This document shows positions 26,503-40,964 of a stretch of 64,000 nt of DNA, piece after piece; position 1 is the stretch's first letter, and every line of letters begins with the position of its first letter. The stretch lies in the NCBI RefSeq assembly GCF_044324785.1, contig NZ_CP172127.1; one strand, 5' to 3'. Made by a program: the position numbers and the translations under genes. The DNA comes from Escherichia coli (GTDB lineage Bacteria > Pseudomonadota > Gammaproteobacteria > Enterobacterales > Enterobacteriaceae). The notes under the pieces are model-generated. The model was not told where the DNA came from and did no database searches. It worked only from the letters and a program-made list of their open reading frames with translations.

Positions 26503-26762
26503 CCCTTGCCCCCTGTTTTTATCATACTCTGAATAGCCAGGCTGTTATTTTACGACTTGCCTGTACAACGCCAATACTCACGAAAGTATGACGAGCAAGC
26601 CTGTTACTCATCAGGCTTATCTTCAGTATATAAACGCCGATACGTTTTTACATAACCTAATGTAAAGAAGTTTAAAGAAAAGCGCGCCGTAATGTGCCAC
26701 TTTTTTAGTGCAGAAACGGAGTTTTCGGAAAAAGAAAAGGCGGCATTGCTGCCGCCTTCATT

Positions 26763-29700
26763 TTAACTCGCCTGGGAAGGCGCTTCGTCACTTCCTGGAA
26801 GCGTTTCAGGGAGTTGCGGCGCAAATCCTCGCAGGCCGACGACGTGAACGTGTTCGGTATTCTGGAAGACTTTACGTACCAGTTTATAGGTGGTGCCTTT
26901 TTCCGGACTGATATTTTCCGGCGCTGCGATGATGAGCTGCATTTGCAAACGTTCACACAATTCAAACAGCGTGGCGATAGAACGAGCATCCAGTCGCGCT
27001 GCTTCATCGAGGAACAGCAGGCGGCAAGGAGAGATATCTTTACCGCGCAGGCGGCGAGATTCATCTTCCCAGCTTTGTACCACCATCACCAGAATCGACA
27101 TACCGGTACCAATCGCCTCACCGGTCGACAATGCACCAGACTCTGCACGCAACCAGCCATCAGAACCACGGTTAACCTCAACTTCCATTTCCAGATAGTT
27201 GCGGTAATCCAGCAGTTCTTCGCCAATGGTCTGCGGCGTGCGCTGCCCCATATCAATCTGCGGATTAAGACGCTGATACAATTTCGCCAGTGCTTCTGAG
27301 AAGGTCAGACGGTTGCTGTTAAACAGATCCTGATGCTGCTCGTGCTGTTCAGAGAGCACATCCAGCAGCATGGCGTGCGTTTCACGCACGTTCACGTTCA
27401 GACGTACGCTGTTCACCTGACCAAACGATACGTTCTGCAACCCCTGGTTGAGCATACGGATACGGTTCTGTTCGCGCTGAATGGTTTTGCGAATAATGTT
27501 CGCCACGCTGCGGGAACTGATCGCCAGTTTCTGTTCACGGGAGGTTAACTCTTCGGTCAAACGGCTAAGTTCGATCTCCATCTGTTCGATAGCTTCCACC
27601 GGATCATCGGTACGAATAATATCCTGACGAATACGTTCACGCAGATGCTGATAAACCGCCACGAAGAACTGAATTTTACGTTCCGGACGTTTTGGATCTT
27701 CCGACATCCGCAGCACGTCGCGCAGATGTTCGTTATCCGCCACCGCCAGACGCAGCGCACCTAACGCCTTATCCGACATGGAACGCAAATCATCAGCGGA
27801 GAGATAAGCCAGCTCACGACGGTGTAAGCGACGCTCAACGCCGTTATCTTTCACCATGCGCATGACTGCACACCAGCCCGCTTTCGCGGTCACTACCTGC
27901 TCGCGCATCTCAAAGTAATCACGCTCCAGCTTGCGTAGTTTGCGGGTCAGATTGTCCATCTCCGCTTCGCAGAAGGTAAGCGCTTTTTCCAGTTGATTGC
28001 GGCGGGACCGGTTATTGCTCAGCTGCGCATGCAACTCGTCACGGCGAATACGCGCCCGCTCTTCTGCCCCGCTATCAGCACGCACGCCGATATCCTGCAA
28101 TTCACGTTGCAGATCGTTGAGTAGCTCTTTTTTGGTGTCGTAAGAACTTTTCAGCGAAGCCAGCACCTGGTTGTACTGACTCAACTGCGCTGCGTGACCG
28201 CGCAACGCTTCGCGAGCGCGGGTACGCTCCGCTTCCGCCTGTTCCAGACGTTCACGCAGTTTTTCGTTGAGATCGCTGTTACCGCTAAGCATTTCTGCCG
28301 AGTCAGAATAGCTAAAGTGCGCACGACGCTGCACCACTTCCGTCAGGGCAAACGCCTGCTGACGGGCATCGCGCTGCATCTGCTGAGAGTACGCGTAATC
28401 TTCTTTTAACTGTTCGAACTGTTCCGGGTCGCTCTGCAATACCGAAACGATCGGTTCCAGTTTCGCCAGTTGATTACCGAACTGCTGAACAAAACGCGCG
28501 GCTTCCTGGGCTTCATCCAGACGTTCGCGGATTTCCTCGACGCGATCCGCCAGGCTGTCATCAGCCAACAGGTTGAGACGCGGCAGAATGCGGTTCAGCG
28601 CCGTAACGCCTTCTTTCGCCTGCTCAAACTGAATGCGCTGCTGCTGGTTATCATTTTCATGATTACTCAACGCCCGCTCCAGTTCGACGCGACGGCTGTT
28701 CAGTTGACGGATTTCTGCTTCCGGGTCAGACTCAAACGCCACCGCCAGATGACTACCGATAAAGCGGCTGAACGCCTGATGCAGACGCTGGGTTTTCTGT
28801 ACATCAAAGGAGAGCGTGGCGAAGCGTTCGGAAAGCACTTCACGCTCAGCATGGAGACTTTCAATACGGCTTTCACGCGCAGCACGACCAAACAGCGGCA
28901 CTTCCGGGAAACGTGAATAACGCCACTGACGATCGGCGATTTTCACCACCACCGCTTTTTCCAGCTCATCAACGCTGAACACGCTGTCATCGAATGACTG
29001 CGGATCCCCTTCGATCAAATAGAGATCTTCCGGGCAATCGCTCAAGCCTTCCAGGTGTTCGGTTACCTGTGACAGATCTGGCACCACGATGGCGTGGCGT
29101 GACGGGCCATACAGCGCCGAGAAGTACGGCGCATCCTCCAGGCTAACGTCGTCATAAATTTCTGACAGCAGCACACCACCAAAACGCTCCGCCAGTGCGT
29201 TCAGACGCTGATCTTCAGAGCCGCCAGGCTGGCTTAAACGTTCGATCTCTTCATCGACAGCGTTTTTGCGCGCGCCCACTTCATCGCGTTCAACAATGGC
29301 TTCGCGCTCACGCTCCAGCAGCTGTTGCAGATATTCGGTGACGTCCTGGCTGGAGGAGAACTCTTCGCCGCACTGTTCACTCAACTGGTTGAGACTGTTT
29401 TGCGCTGCCAGCCAAACCGGTGCACGCTGCATCAAACTCTGAATGCGAGACTGCAGCTGTTCCTGCTCCTGGCGCAGTGCCATACGCTCTTCGCGGGCGT
29501 TAGACACGCTATCGGAAAGAGAGGCAATACGCGCTTCCAGCTCCTGATGCAGGGCTTCCAGTTCGTCGATATCAAAATTCTTGCCCTGACGTTTGCAGAA
29601 ATCTGCCAGCAGGCGTTCGGCTTCTTGCTGTTCGCGCAGACGCTGTTCCAGTTCGCTTAAGCGCATCCGCAACGGCTGAACCTGCTCTGCCAGGTGACGC

Positions 29701-31223
29701 TGATCGACCCCTTCGCGCAATAGTTCGCGAGCGACATCCCACGCCTCGTTACGCGCCAGCGGGCCGTTGATTGCCACCACCAGCTGATAAGCCTGCTCAA
29801 ACTGGCTGTGCGCGGTTTGCGCCATGCTCATTTTCTGCTCAAGAGAGAGCATTTTTTCAGTCGCTTCCAGCTCTTTCGCCTGGAAGGTTTCCAGCCATTC
29901 GGCGGCGCTGTCGGCGGTTAAGTCCGGCAGATGGCACAGTTCTTTGGCACGATTAAGCGCAGCAATCGCCTGGTTATACTGGATCGCGCGCGTTTGCTGG
30001 ACGTCCAGCGCCTGCTGGTAGTCAGCAAGCTGGCTTTTCAGCTCGTCCACTTCCAGTTCGGCAGCTTCCGCACGAGCCTCATTCTCTTCCTGGCGTTCGA
30101 TGGCTTCTGCCACCACTTCATTTTGCTCTTCCAGACGGATCTGCAGCTCATCGAGATCCGCTTCGTAGCGTTCGATCTTCTCCTGCTGACGCAGTGCGGT
30201 TTGCACCAGGTTCAGGTGATCGCTGGCCGCCTGATAATCCGCTTCCAGATCGCCTTCGGCACCGTTGTGCTCTGCCAGCTCACGCGCCATATCGACGTGT
30301 TTGTACTGCTCCGCCGCCAGTTGCTGACGCGAAGTATGTAGTTCGCGACGAAACTCCAGGGCCTTATCGAGATGGACACGGCGCTCGTTGGCGTGACGCA
30401 TGTAGTCCGCCGCCACGTAGTTGGTGGCTTCGCTGATCAGATGCTTAAACAGGTCGCGGTCCGACTGGGTGACACGAATCGCTTCCAGCGTCATGCGGTT
30501 TTCGCGCAGCGCCGCTTCCATGTCCTGGAACGCTTTCCGCACGCCGCTGTTTTCCGGCAACAGGTAGTCGCGCAGAGAGCGCGTAATGGCGCTGGAGATC
30601 CCGCCGTACAGCGAAGCTTCGATCAGACGATAGAATTTGCTACGGTCAGATGCGGAGCGCAGACGACGCGCGATGATGCCCAGATCGAACATCAGCGAGT
30701 GGTAATCGGTAATGGAGTTGAACTGCTTAAACTGCACGCCTTCCATCGCCTCGAGCTTGTCTTTCAGCTCGTTCAGCGGCAGTACACGCGCCTGGCGTTC
30801 GTTCAGAGTTTCGGTCACCAACTGCGTCGGCTGCACCGACATCGGCAGTCCCTGAATGGCAAATGGTTTGATATCCACTTTACGATCGCGTCCGGCAACC
30901 TGTTGCAGACGCACACCGACCACCACGCGCTGGTGGCGCGAGTTAATGGTGTCGAGCATCGAATAACAGACACCCGCTTTCAGCTTACCGTGCAGACCTT
31001 TATCGCGCGAACCGCTGGTGGCCCCGGCTTCCGTAGTGTTACGGAAGTGCAGCAGGGTCAGGTCGGGGATCAGCGCCGTAACGAACGCCGCCATGGTGGT
31101 GGATTTACCCGCCCCGTTACCGCCGGAGAGCGTCGTAACCAGCTCATCGAGGTCAAAAGTTCGGGCAAAAAAGCCGTTCCAGTTAATCAGCGTCAGTGAG
31201 CGAAATTTACCGCGTTCAATCAT
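26763..31223 (-). CDS. mukB: chromosome partition protein MukB (SMC-like condensin)
   Basis: 1486 aa with N-terminal Walker A (GGNGAGKST), long coiled coils and C-terminal ABC-like head. Confidence 0.95.
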   Translation of the reverse strand: MIERGKFRSLTLINWNGFFARTFDLDELVTTLSGGNGAGKSTTMAAFVTALIPDLTLLHFRNTTEAGATSGSRDKGLHGKLKAGVCYSMLDTINSRHQRVVVGVRLQQVAGRDRKVDIKPFAIQGLPMSVQPTQLVTETLNERQARVLPLNELKDKLEAMEGVQFKQFNSITDYHSLMFDLGIIARRLRSASDRSKFYRLIEASLYGGISSAITRSLRDYLLPENSGVRKAFQDMEAALRENRMTLEAIRVTQSDRDLFKHLISEATNYVAADYMRHANERRVHLDKALEFRRELHTSRQQLAAEQYKHVDMARELAEHNGAEGDLEADYQAASDHLNLVQTALRQQEKIERYEADLDELQIRLEEQNEVVAEAIERQEENEARAEAAELEVDELKSQLADYQQALDVQQTRAIQYNQAIAALNRAKELCHLPDLTADSAAEWLETFQAKELEATEKMLSLEQKMSMAQTAHSQFEQAYQLVVAINGPLARNEAWDVARELLREGVDQRHLAEQVQPLRMRLSELEQRLREQQEAERLLADFCKRQGKNFDIDELEALHQELEARIASLSDSVSNAREERMALRQEQEQLQSRIQSLMQRAPVWLAAQNSLNQLSEQCGEEFSSSQDVTEYLQQLLEREREAIVERDEVGARKNAVDEEIERLSQPGGSEDQRLNALAERFGGVLLSEIYDDVSLEDAPYFSALYGPSRHAIVVPDLSQVTEHLEGLSDCPEDLYLIEGDPQSFDDSVFSVDELEKAVVVKIADRQWRYSRFPEVPLFGRAARESRIESLHAEREVLSERFATLSFDVQKTQRLHQAFSRFIGSHLAVAFESDPEAEIRQLNSRRVELERALSNHENDNQQQRIQFEQAKEGVTALNRILPRLNLLADDSLADRVEEIRERLDEAQEAARFVQQFGNQLAKLEPIVSVLQSDPEQFEQLKEDYAYSQQMQRDARQQAFALTEVVQRRAHFSYSDSAEMLSGNSDLNEKLRERLEQAEAERTRAREALRGHAAQLSQYNQVLASLKSSYDTKKELLNDLQRELQDIGVRADSGAEERARIRRDELHAQLSNNRSRRNQLEKALTFCEAEMDNLTRKLRKLERDYFEMREQVVTAKAGWCAVMRMVKDNGVERRLHRRELAYLSADDLRSMSDKALGALRLAVADNEHLRDVLRMSEDPKRPERKIQFFVAVYQHLRERIRQDIIRTDDPVEAIEQMEIELSRLTEELTSREQKLAISSRSVANIIRKTIQREQNRIRMLNQGLQNVSFGQVNSVRLNVNVRETHAMLLDVLSEQHEQHQDLFNSNRLTFSEALAKLYQRLNPQIDMGQRTPQTIGEELLDYRNYLEMEVEVNRGSDGWLRAESGALSTGEAIGTGMSILVMVVQSWEDESRRLRGKDISPCRLLFLDEAARLDARSIATLFELCERLQMQLIIAAPENISPEKGTTYKLVRKVFQNTEHVHVVGLRGFAPQLPETLPGSDEAPSQAS

Positions 31224-31927
31224 TATTCTTCCTCTCCGCTATCTGGCTGATTCTCTTCGGTTTCATCGTTGAGTTGCAGATGATTTTCAATCGGCATTGC
31301 TTCGCCATCACGAATCAGGCGACGCTGTGCTTCACGGGGATCGTCGCCAGCACGCACATCGGCTCCGAAGCGGAACACCGATTCGGTAATGCGGAACTTG
31401 CTGCTGTCGTGGCCCATAAACCACACCATACCCAAACGACGCAGACGGTTGAGCGAAGAACGTACTTTTTCCTGCAACTTCTGGCGGTCAACGTCTGAAC
31501 CGGTTGAACGGTTGTTCACCAGTTTCAGCAGTTTCGCTTCATCGGCCAGGGTGAGCAGTTCGTCGTACAGTTCCTGCTGGGTGAAAATCCCCTCGTTCGC
31601 CAGCCGTTCCGGGCTGAGATAGAGATAACAGAGGATTTTCCCGACCATCATATCCAGTTCCGACAAGACGGAACGAGGGATCAGCGTGGTGGAACGTGGG
31701 CGTAAATAGAAGAACCCTTCTGGTGCGCGAATAAGCTCAACGTTATAACGCGCGTAAAACTCTTCCAGATATTCCTGAAAATCCATCAGGAATGCATGAT
31801 TATCCAGTTCGTCGAGGCCAATATGGCGGCCTGAACGTAAGGCGCTGTCCAGCGCCGGAAATAACGGATTCGCCAGCGCCTGCGCCAGCTTAACCGGCAT
31901 CACTTGTTCAATATTTGTCGATGACAT
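31223..31927 (-). CDS. mukE: chromosome partition protein MukE
   Basis: About 234 aa from the ATG at 31927 ([23 protein letters not shown]); overlaps the mukB start and the mukF stop. Confidence 0.9.
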
Positions 31928-33230
31928 GCGCCTGTACCTTGGCTCCGTAATCATTAATCGGCTGCCATTTCGCTGGCAGTCCGGTGAAATCTGCTTGCGC
32001 TACGCCAAGACGTACCGCCTGATCAATAACAATGCGCGCAACGTCAAAGTGACGTGCACGCGGATACTGTGACAGATATTCGCGTACCACCAGACCAAGA
32101 TCCAGCGGCACTTGTCTGGTTTTGTACACGGCAAGTTGTTCTTCGATGATCGCCGCCAGCTGTTCGCGGATCTCGTTAAACTCTTCGTATTCCAGATCCT
32201 CAGGAAGTTCCCCAGTCACTTCTTCATCGCGCAGTGCCATCTCTTCGTCACGCATATCCAGCAGACGATCGGCATTGGCATAAGTTAGCGCCCACGGCTC
32301 ATCAAAATAGGTTTGTACCGACTGACGTAACCGCTGGGCAAAGACACGGTTTTTATCCATATCGATAGCGGTACGGATAAATTTATGTACGTGGCGGTCG
32401 TAGCCAATCCACAAATCGATGGATTGCTGGCCCCAGCTGATAATACGGTCAAGTTTGCTCTGCAGATCGAATACCAGACGATCGACAAAATGCAGATCGT
32501 CATGGGTCATCGTCGCATCCTGAATGCGCAACAGATTAGCCTGCAACTTGTCGCCTGCCGCTTCCAGCGTATCCTGCAATTCACGCAGCGTGCCGGAAGT
32601 TTCCGAAAGCAACAATTCACAGCTGGAGATCGCCGCCCGCCAGTCTTTGTTCAGCAACTGGGCGATATCGTCCTTCACCTGCTGCTGCTGTTCGTCCATC
32701 AGACGTTGCGTCAGGTCGATACTGTCGAAAATTTCTGCTACCGAATATTTCAGTGGCGCATAAACATTACGGTGCCAGTGAAATTCATCACCGCCCTCTT
32801 CGGCGGCATCTGCCGCGCGTTTGAGCTCACCCGCCACAATCGACAACTGCATAGAAAGGCGCAGCGTAGAAAACTCGCGCTGACGGATGTAATAGTCAGT
32901 AATGCCGATGCCGAGCGGCGTCAGACGGTAAATTGCGTTCCCTTCCGCCTGCTCGCTGGTAAAGCGGTTCAGCAGACGTTGACGCACCATGTCGTTGATC
33001 GCGTTGTTGGCGCGCACGCCGATGGTTTCGCTGGTTTGCTCAAACGCATCACTCACATGGCGGAATGCATCCACCAGCTCGCCTTCACTCATCTCACCAT
33101 CCAGACGCTCGCCGTTCAGCGTGGCAACCGCCAGCAGAAAAGAGAGTCGGTCTACCGGCAGCGAGATGGAGAAGTCATTTTTTCTGGCCCAGGCAACCAG
33201 TTCGGGGACTGTCTGGGAAAATTCACTCAT
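31908..33230 (-). CDS. mukF: chromosome partition protein MukF (kleisin)
   Basis: 440-aa ORF; first gene of mukFEB. Confidence 0.95.
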
Positions 33231-34012
33231 ACTTTATCCTTGCTCTGCGGTTTGCGCGCGGTGACATGAATATAACGCCCCAGGGTAATATACGGTTCCT
33301 GACGGCAATAACGCGTTTCTAATTCAAGTAATGCTTCATAGCAGTCGCGCTGCTGGTGCTTCTCGCGCAGATAATCATGAAACACGCGAACGCCTGTCTT
33401 ACCCATAATTTGCCAACCAGCTTCTTCCAGCCACAGATAAACCTGCGCCGGGTCGCGTGGATAATCTGGCGAAAGCGTCCGTTTTTTCTTTTTCGGCATT
33501 CCCGCCTGCACGTAATCAAAATTCCCGGCGACCATGTTATGCATCAACAAACCATGCGCATTGTAGAACATTAACGACAACACACCGCCTGGACGCAACA
33601 CTGACCACAGGGTCTGTAATACGCTGCGGGGATCGGCCACCCACTCGAGCACCGCATGGAACAATATCAGATCAACGGGCGTTTCCAAATGCGAAGCAAC
33701 ATCCTGAGCGGCGCAATGTATAAATTGCATGTTGTCGCTCACACCTTTTGCTTCTGCCGCCTGTTTTGCGCGGTCGATCATCTGCGCAGAAAGATCGCAT
33801 AAAATGACCTGATGCCCGCGCTCAGCCATTTTGATTGCGGTCTGCCCTTCTCCACCGCCAGCATCCAGCACACGCAGTTTTTGCGGGCCCATTTCCGCCA
33901 GCACGCGATCGAGATCCTGCCACAGAATAGCCTGTCGAAGCTGCCCTTTGGTGGTGCCGTAAATGTTACGGGAAAACTTTTCCGCAATATCATCAAAATT
34001 GCGATCCTGCAT
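33227..34012 (-). CDS. cmoM: SAM-dependent methyltransferase CmoM (SmtA)
   Basis: About 261 aa with class I methyltransferase motif (VLDAGGGEG); 4-bp overlap with the mukF start. Confidence 0.9.
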
Positions 34013-34147
34013 TGCTTTCTCCACCGGTTGGCTAAGACGTTTTCTGATAAAGACGCTATTTTGTCACAGCCACGGCGAGAATGAACCCGTCTGGTGTAAT
34101 ATCGCTGGCGATCCCTTGCTATATGGTTAAAAAAGGAACCAGAAAGG

Positions 34148-34927
34148 ATGCTTTTTACACTGAAAAAAGTGATTGGCAATATGTTGCTGCCACTTCCGCT
34201 GATGTTGTTGATTATTGGCGCTGGCCTGGCGCTGCTGTGGTTTAGCCGTTTTCAAAAAACCGGGAAGATTTTTATTAGCATTGGGTGGCTGGCGCTCTTG
34301 TTATTGAGTTTGCAACCGGTAGCCGACCGCCTGCTGCGTCCCATCGAAAGCACCTATCCGACATGGAATAATTCGCAAAAAGTGGACTATATCGTGGTGC
34401 TCGGAGGTGGTTATACCTGGAACCCGCAGTGGGCACCAAGCTCGAATTTAATCAATAACAGTCTGCCCCGCCTGAATGAAGGTATTCGCTTATGGCGCGA
34501 AAATCCGGGATCAAAACTGATCTTCACGGGAGGCGTAGCAAAAACCAATACGGTGAGTACAGCGGAAGTAGGTGCCAGAGTTGCGCAATCGCTGGGCGTG
34601 CCGCGCGAGCAAATTATCACCCTGGATTTGCCAAAAGATACCGAAGAAGAAGCTGCGGCAGTGAAACAGGCGATTGGTGACGCCCCTTTCCTGCTGGTGA
34701 CCTCCGCATCACATCTGCCGCGGGCGATGATCTTTTTTCAGCAGGAAGGGCTAAATCCGCTGCCAGCCCCGGCGAATCAGTTGGCCATCGACTCGCCGCT
34801 TAATCCGTGGGAACGGGCAATCCCTTCTCCGGTTTGGTTGATGCATAGCGATCGTGTTGGCTATGAAACGCTTGGCCGCATCTGGCAGTGGCTAAAAGGT
34901 TCGTCAGGCGAGCCACGGCAAGAGTGA
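34148..34927 (+). CDS. elyC: envelope biogenesis factor ElyC (YcbC), DUF218
   Basis: 259 aa with two N-terminal transmembrane segments and a DUF218-like domain. Confidence 0.85.
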   Translation: MLFTLKKVIGNMLLPLPLMLLIIGAGLALLWFSRFQKTGKIFISIGWLALLLLSLQPVADRLLRPIESTYPTWNNSQKVDYIVVLGGGYTWNPQWAPSSNLINNSLPRLNEGIRLWRENPGSKLIFTGGVAKTNTVSTAEVGARVAQSLGVPREQIITLDLPKDTEEEAAAVKQAIGDAPFLLVTSASHLPRAMIFFQQEGLNPLPAPANQLAIDSPLNPWERAIPSPVWLMHSDRVGYETLGRIWQWLKGSSGEPRQE

Positions 34928-35797
34928 TTTTGATGCCAGATCGAAGTTGCGCCGACTAAATCGTCCGGTATTAACCAGTTGCGCAACTTCATCCCATAAC
35001 ACATACAACCAACGCCGCCAGATGAATGACTCCGCCACTGGCGCGCGTTGCAGGTAACTCCAGAGCAAATCTTCCGCCAGAGAATTATCCATTAGTCGGA
35101 ACAGTTCGTATTCTCGCGGTGCCCAAAGCATTAGTCCCGGCCCGACCATCGCCAGTAACTGATCGCTGCGCGAATCTTTCAGCATGCTGCGTAAACAGAA
35201 GTTACCGTGAATCAGCACACAATTGTCGTTAAAGCCTTCAAATAATGCCGGGAGACATTCGCGAGTACGAAACAGGATCCGCTTATCCTGCATCGTTAGA
35301 CCGGTGTTATTGAACTGATTGAGCGTGGTCCATAGCACTTCAACATGTTGCCGGTACCATGAGGGCCAGAAATTTTCCTGAGTATTGTCGACCGCGCCGA
35401 CGCAACCGCGACTGTCCTGACGGTGCCAGGCCAGTAAGGCTTCAACGATTTGATCTTTGAGTTGTTCCCAGCGTTCTGGTGTTCGGGCTGGTGCCTCCAC
35501 CGAAACACCACGCATCCGCTCCAGTAGCAGGACATCGGGGCCGGGGTGTTCTTCATGCGTCATCACACCATAAATAGTCGGCATACGGACAGTCCCACTT
35601 CTTGCCAGCATGGTGGTTTTCCATGCCAGTTGTCGGGCTTTTCCGGGCGTACTAAAGCTTCTTGCCATTAACGGCATTGGGTTTCCCTGGCTGTCATACA
35701 AAGCCCACAACGCCGTATCCGCTTTTTCATTGACGCACTCAATACGACTGAGTTTCTCGCCCAGTAAATGGCTTAATTCGGCACGCAGCTGTTCCAT
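34904..35797 (-). CDS. ycbJ: putative phosphotransferase/kinase-fold protein YcbJ
   Basis: 297-aa ORF in conserved position; 24-bp overlap with the elyC 3' end. Confidence 0.8.
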   Translation of the reverse strand: MEQLRAELSHLLGEKLSRIECVNEKADTALWALYDSQGNPMPLMARSFSTPGKARQLAWKTTMLARSGTVRMPTIYGVMTHEEHPGPDVLLLERMRGVSVEAPARTPERWEQLKDQIVEALLAWHRQDSRGCVGAVDNTQENFWPSWYRQHVEVLWTTLNQFNNTGLTMQDKRILFRTRECLPALFEGFNDNCVLIHGNFCLRSMLKDSRSDQLLAMVGPGLMLWAPREYELFRLMDNSLAEDLLWSYLQRAPVAESFIWRRWLYVLWDEVAQLVNTGRFSRRNFDLASKSLLPWLA

Positions 35798-35950
35798 TCA
35801 GATTACCCTCATAAAAGCTACTGCTTTCATAATGAGCGCCAATATAAAAGATGTCACCTGAATGAGATCAATTGTTGAAAAGAAAAATTGAGGAAAATCG
35901 TAACGGTACGACACTCCTCCCAAAATTGGCTGGAGTGTCGTGAAGTGAAA

Positions 35951-36876
<926 letters not shown>

Positions 36877-36927
36877 AGTTCCTCCAGATGGATCGGGTTA
36901 TGAATGCATAAATCTTATCATAATCAT

Positions 36928-38160
36928 TTATGCGACGGGGTCTATTTCCCAGCCGGTGCGGCAATCAGTAAAGAGGCCTTGCGGGCAGCGTCCTAATGTC
37001 ACCCGCGTTGCCTGCTGCCAGTTAGCGAAATCAGTAATCGCCTGACGTAACCCTTTTTGCAGCGTTGTAGTTGGTTTAATACCTTCTTGTAACCACAGAG
37101 AGATAACTTCAAGGATGCCTGTCTGGCGATGCATTTTGGCATCCATTCGCCCAACTAATTGCCCACGATGTAATAACGGCAGAACAAAATAGCCATACTG
37201 GCGTTTCGGCGCTGGGGTATAGCACTCCAGCCGGTAGCTAAAATCAAAAAGCTGCTCTGCGCGTTTGCGATCCCAGACAACAGGATCAAAAGGCGAAAGT
37301 ACCGCGCTGTGCGTTGCAGTGAGCTTTCCGGCCAGCGCACGCTCGAGTAGCGGCAGCAAATCAGCATGCAGCCAAAGATTGCCCAATTTTTCAACATGCA
37401 CAGCAATGATTTGCTGCTGTTCAGCCCTCGCTTCGCGCCAAGCCGCCAGTGCCGGACGTTTCAGCCGATAGTAATCTGCCAGCCACTGTTCGCGGAATAT
37501 TCCCAGGCTACGCGCACTGTTATCCAGCATGATGATTTCTGCTTCTGTTTGCGAAACGAGATCGCGCTCATCATCCCAGTCAGGCATGACACGGTAGGTT
37601 AAATCATAAACGCGCTGGAAGTTGCGCCGTTCAATCACCATCACTTTCCCGGCTGTAAATAAACCTTCCAGATGCCGTTTATGCGGCTTCCACTCCCACC
37701 AGCCGCTTGCACCTTTACGAGGATGCTCAAAATCGGCTGAACGTACCGGCCCCTTATCATGAATATGCTGAATTAACTGTGCAATTTCCGCCGCATGTTC
37801 CTGCATCCAGGCGTTTTTGTATTTCCAGCCCATTTTTTCAGGTGCCAGCATGCGGTGGCGAATAAGACGAAAGTCGCTACGCGGCATAAAGCAGGCTTCA
37901 TGCGCCCAGTATTCCATTAATTCACCACGCGCCAGAGACTCATCCAGCCATTGCGCAGGATAATTTCCCAGACGACTGAAAAGCACCAGATATGGGCTAC
38001 GGGCAACAATATTGATGGTATCGATTTGCAGCAAGGACATGCGGGAGATCGTTGCCGGAATATCCTCCAACGATGCTCGACGGCGGGGTTTGTTTAACAG
38101 GCCTTGCGCGGCAAGGTGAAGATTACGCGCATCAGCAAGGGAGATGTGCGGCAGCGACAT
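36928..38160 (-). CDS. ycaQ: winged-helix DNA glycosylase YcaQ (interstrand crosslink repair, AlkZ-like)
   Basis: 410-aa ORF in conserved position upstream of ycaR-kdsB. Confidence 0.85.
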   Translation of the reverse strand: MSLPHISLADARNLHLAAQGLLNKPRRRASLEDIPATISRMSLLQIDTINIVARSPYLVLFSRLGNYPAQWLDESLARGELMEYWAHEACFMPRSDFRLIRHRMLAPEKMGWKYKNAWMQEHAAEIAQLIQHIHDKGPVRSADFEHPRKGASGWWEWKPHKRHLEGLFTAGKVMVIERRNFQRVYDLTYRVMPDWDDERDLVSQTEAEIIMLDNSARSLGIFREQWLADYYRLKRPALAAWREARAEQQQIIAVHVEKLGNLWLHADLLPLLERALAGKLTATHSAVLSPFDPVVWDRKRAEQLFDFSYRLECYTPAPKRQYGYFVLPLLHRGQLVGRMDAKMHRQTGILEVISLWLQEGIKPTTTLQKGLRQAITDFANWQQATRVTLGRCPQGLFTDCRTGWEIDPVA

Positions 38161-38196
38161 TCATGACTCCATCAATCGAACGCTGCCGCGGCGTAA

Positions 38197-39183
38197 CTAG
38201 TTGCCAGAAGCCAGCGAGGTTAGTTGCGCAAGCAGTTTCGCTGGTTCATCACCTGAAAGCTGTGCGTCTACAGGCAAATACCACCAATTTTCTTCTGCAA
38301 AGGCCCGGCATTTCACCGCATCTTTTTCAGTCATTACCAGCGTTTGCCCGGCGCTTACCAACGCGCTGACATCCGCATGGTTCAAAGACTGATGATCGGC
38401 CAGCGGTATACATTTTTCCGGTTGTACGCCGCACATCTTCAGCGTGGCAAAAAAGCGCGGCGGATGACCAATCCCTGCCATCGCCACCACATGTTCAAGC
38501 TGAGCAACGTCACAACGCGTACCGGTACGTAAATTCACCGCCTGACCCGGCAGCAGATGCATGGGGATTTCACCGCTGCGGGGGACACCACCGTTGACAA
38601 TTACCGCATCAACCGACTTTAAGCGCCCCGCTCGCTCACGCATTGGCCCCGCCGGCAACCACCAGCCATTGCCAAAGCGACGCACACCATCAACAACGAC
38701 AATTTCCACATCACGCGCCAGACGGTAATGCTGTAAACCGTCGTCGGTTACGATGATCTGCACATCAGGGTGTTGCGCCAGAATGGCTTTTACCGCATCA
38801 GAACGCACGGGAGAAACCGCAACAGGCGCATCAGTGCGTTGATAAATCAACACAGGTTCATCACCCGCCTGTGCTGTGGTGGTATCTGCCGACAATAACA
38901 GCGGATAAGATTCAGCCTTACCACCATATCCCCGCGATACGACCCCCACGCGAATACCGCGCTGTTGCAGCTGTTCCACCAGCCAGACAACGACCGGGGT
39001 TTTTCCGTTGCCGCCTGCGGTGAGATTACCAACCACGACAACCGGTACGGGGGCACGCCAGGCGCGCTTCAGTTTTAGTTTATAGCAAAGACGGATCGCG
39101 CCACTCACCAGGCCATACAACCAGGAGAGTGGCAGCAAGAGCCGCCACAAAGGGGATTCACCAGACCAGATTTTTTCGATCAT
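38197..39183 (-). CDS. lpxK: tetraacyldisaccharide 4'-kinase
   Basis: 328 aa with P-loop ([12 protein letters not shown]). Confidence 0.95.
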   Translation of the reverse strand: MIEKIWSGESPLWRLLLPLSWLYGLVSGAIRLCYKLKLKRAWRAPVPVVVVGNLTAGGNGKTPVVVWLVEQLQQRGIRVGVVSRGYGGKAESYPLLLSADTTTAQAGDEPVLIYQRTDAPVAVSPVRSDAVKAILAQHPDVQIIVTDDGLQHYRLARDVEIVVVDGVRRFGNGWWLPAGPMRERAGRLKSVDAVIVNGGVPRSGEIPMHLLPGQAVNLRTGTRCDVAQLEHVVAMAGIGHPPRFFATLKMCGVQPEKCIPLADHQSLNHADVSALVSAGQTLVMTEKDAVKCRAFAEENWWYLPVDAQLSGDEPAKLLAQLTSLASGN

Positions 39184-40928
39184 TGGCCAAACTGCATTTT
39201 GTGAAGTTGCGCGTAAACGCCACGGTGCTCAAGCAAATCGTTATGCGTACCGCGTTCCACAATGACACCATCCTCGACGACCACGATTTCGTCTGCCTTT
39301 TCAATGGTAGACAAGCGGTGGGCAATCACCAGAGAGGTACGGTTTTTCTGCAACTCATCCAGTGCCGCCTGAATCGCACGTTCAGATTCGGTATCCAGCG
39401 CCGAGGTAGCTTCGTCCAGAATCAGAATCGGGCTATCACGCAACAAGGCTCGAGCGATAGCAATACGCTGACGCTGACCGCCAGAGAGCAGCACGCCGTT
39501 TTCACCAATCACTGTATCGAGACCGTTATCCATCTTATTGATGAAGTCCATGGCGTAGGCCATACGCGCCGCTTCTTCAATTTGCTCACGGCTGTACTGT
39601 TCAGTCCGTGCGTAAGCAATGTTGTTAGCAACAGTATCGTTAAACAGATGGACATTCTGCGACACCAGAGCAACCTGGTTACGTAGCGACGCCAGGGTAT
39701 ACTCGCGCAGATCGTGACCATCCATCAGGATTTCGCCTTCATCAATATCGTAAAAACGCGTGATCAGGCTGGCGATGGTTGATTTACCCGAACCAGAGCG
39801 TCCAACCAGAGCAACCGTCTTCCCTGCCGGAATTTTCAGGTTGATGTTACGCAATGCGGGTACGTCACGTCCCGGATAAGTAAAGGTGACATTGCGGAAT
39901 TCCACGTCGCCAGTCGCACGCTCGATCACGCGCTTACCTTCGTCTTTCTCCTGCTCACTGTCCAGAATGGTAAACAGCGTCTGACAAGCCGCCATACCGC
40001 GCTGGAACTGGGCGTTAACGTTGGTCAGCGATTTCAGCGGACGCATCAGTGCAATCATTGAAGAGAAAACAACGGTAATCGTACCGGCAGTCAGGCTATC
40101 CATGACACTTGGGAAGCTCGCCGCATACAGAACAAACGCCAGCGCCAAAGAGGCGATCAGCTGAATGATCGGATCAGAGATGGAAGAGGCTGAAACCATT
40201 TTCATCCCCTGAAGACGCATTCGGTTGCTGACTTTATCGAAGCGTTTCGTTTCCACTTCCTGACCACCGAATATCAATACTTCTTTGTGGCCCTTCAGCA
40301 TTTGTTCTGCGCTGGTGGTCACCTGCCCCATGGTGTTCTGCATGTTTTTACTGATGTTACGAAAACGCTTCGATACAACGCGAATCGCAATCGAAACAAT
40401 CGGTGCCAGCACAATCAAAATGATCGACAGTTGCCAACTGTAATAGAACATCATGATGAACAGGCCGATGATCGACGCACCTTCACGCACAACAGTAATC
40501 AGTGCGCCAGAAGAAGAAGAAGCAACCTGTTCGGAATCGTAGGTGATACGTGACAACAGCGTACCCGTTGACTGTTTGTCAAAAAATGAAACAGGCATTC
40601 CCATCATGTGACCAAACAGGCGGCGACGCATAGTCATTACCACCTTTCCTGATACCCAGGAGATACAGTAGCTGGAGACATAGCTGGTGATACCACGTAA
40701 AATCATCAGCCCGATCACCACCAGCGGCATCCACACCAGCACGGAGCGATCTGTTTTACCAAAGCCATCATCAAGAAGTGGCTTAAGGAGCGATAACATG
40801 AAGGTATCGCTGGCTGCGTTGAGGATTAACGCTACGCCCGCCACGATCAGACCCGCTTTAAAAGGCGCAATGGTTGGCCACAGTCGGCGGAACGTCTGCC
40901 ACGTAGAGAGATCTTTGTCGTTATGCAT
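39180..40928 (-). CDS. msbA: lipid A/LPS flippase ABC transporter MsbA
   Basis: 582 aa with N-terminal TMD and Walker A (GRSGSGKST), signature (LSGGQRQR) and Walker B ([12 protein letters not shown]); 4-bp overlap with lpxK. Confidence 0.95.
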   Translation of the reverse strand: MHNDKDLSTWQTFRRLWPTIAPFKAGLIVAGVALILNAASDTFMLSLLKPLLDDGFGKTDRSVLVWMPLVVIGLMILRGITSYVSSYCISWVSGKVVMTMRRRLFGHMMGMPVSFFDKQSTGTLLSRITYDSEQVASSSSGALITVVREGASIIGLFIMMFYYSWQLSIILIVLAPIVSIAIRVVSKRFRNISKNMQNTMGQVTTSAEQMLKGHKEVLIFGGQEVETKRFDKVSNRMRLQGMKMVSASSISDPIIQLIASLALAFVLYAASFPSVMDSLTAGTITVVFSSMIALMRPLKSLTNVNAQFQRGMAACQTLFTILDSEQEKDEGKRVIERATGDVEFRNVTFTYPGRDVPALRNINLKIPAGKTVALVGRSGSGKSTIASLITRFYDIDEGEILMDGHDLREYTLASLRNQVALVSQNVHLFNDTVANNIAYARTEQYSREQIEEAARMAYAMDFINKMDNGLDTVIGENGVLLSGGQRQRIAIARALLRDSPILILDEATSALDTESERAIQAALDELQKNRTSLVIAHRLSTIEKADEIVVVEDGVIVERGTHNDLLEHRGVYAQLHKMQFGQ

Positions 40929-40964
40929 TCAAAAAACCAGCATTTGTTGAAATAGCCGCATATT

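Noticed and set aside
30372-31199. 275-aa ORF antisense to mukB, plus several shorter antisense ORFs across mukB and mukF
   Set aside because: Lie entirely within conserved coding sequence on the opposite strand; arginine- and histidine-rich translations typical of GC-rich antisense frames.
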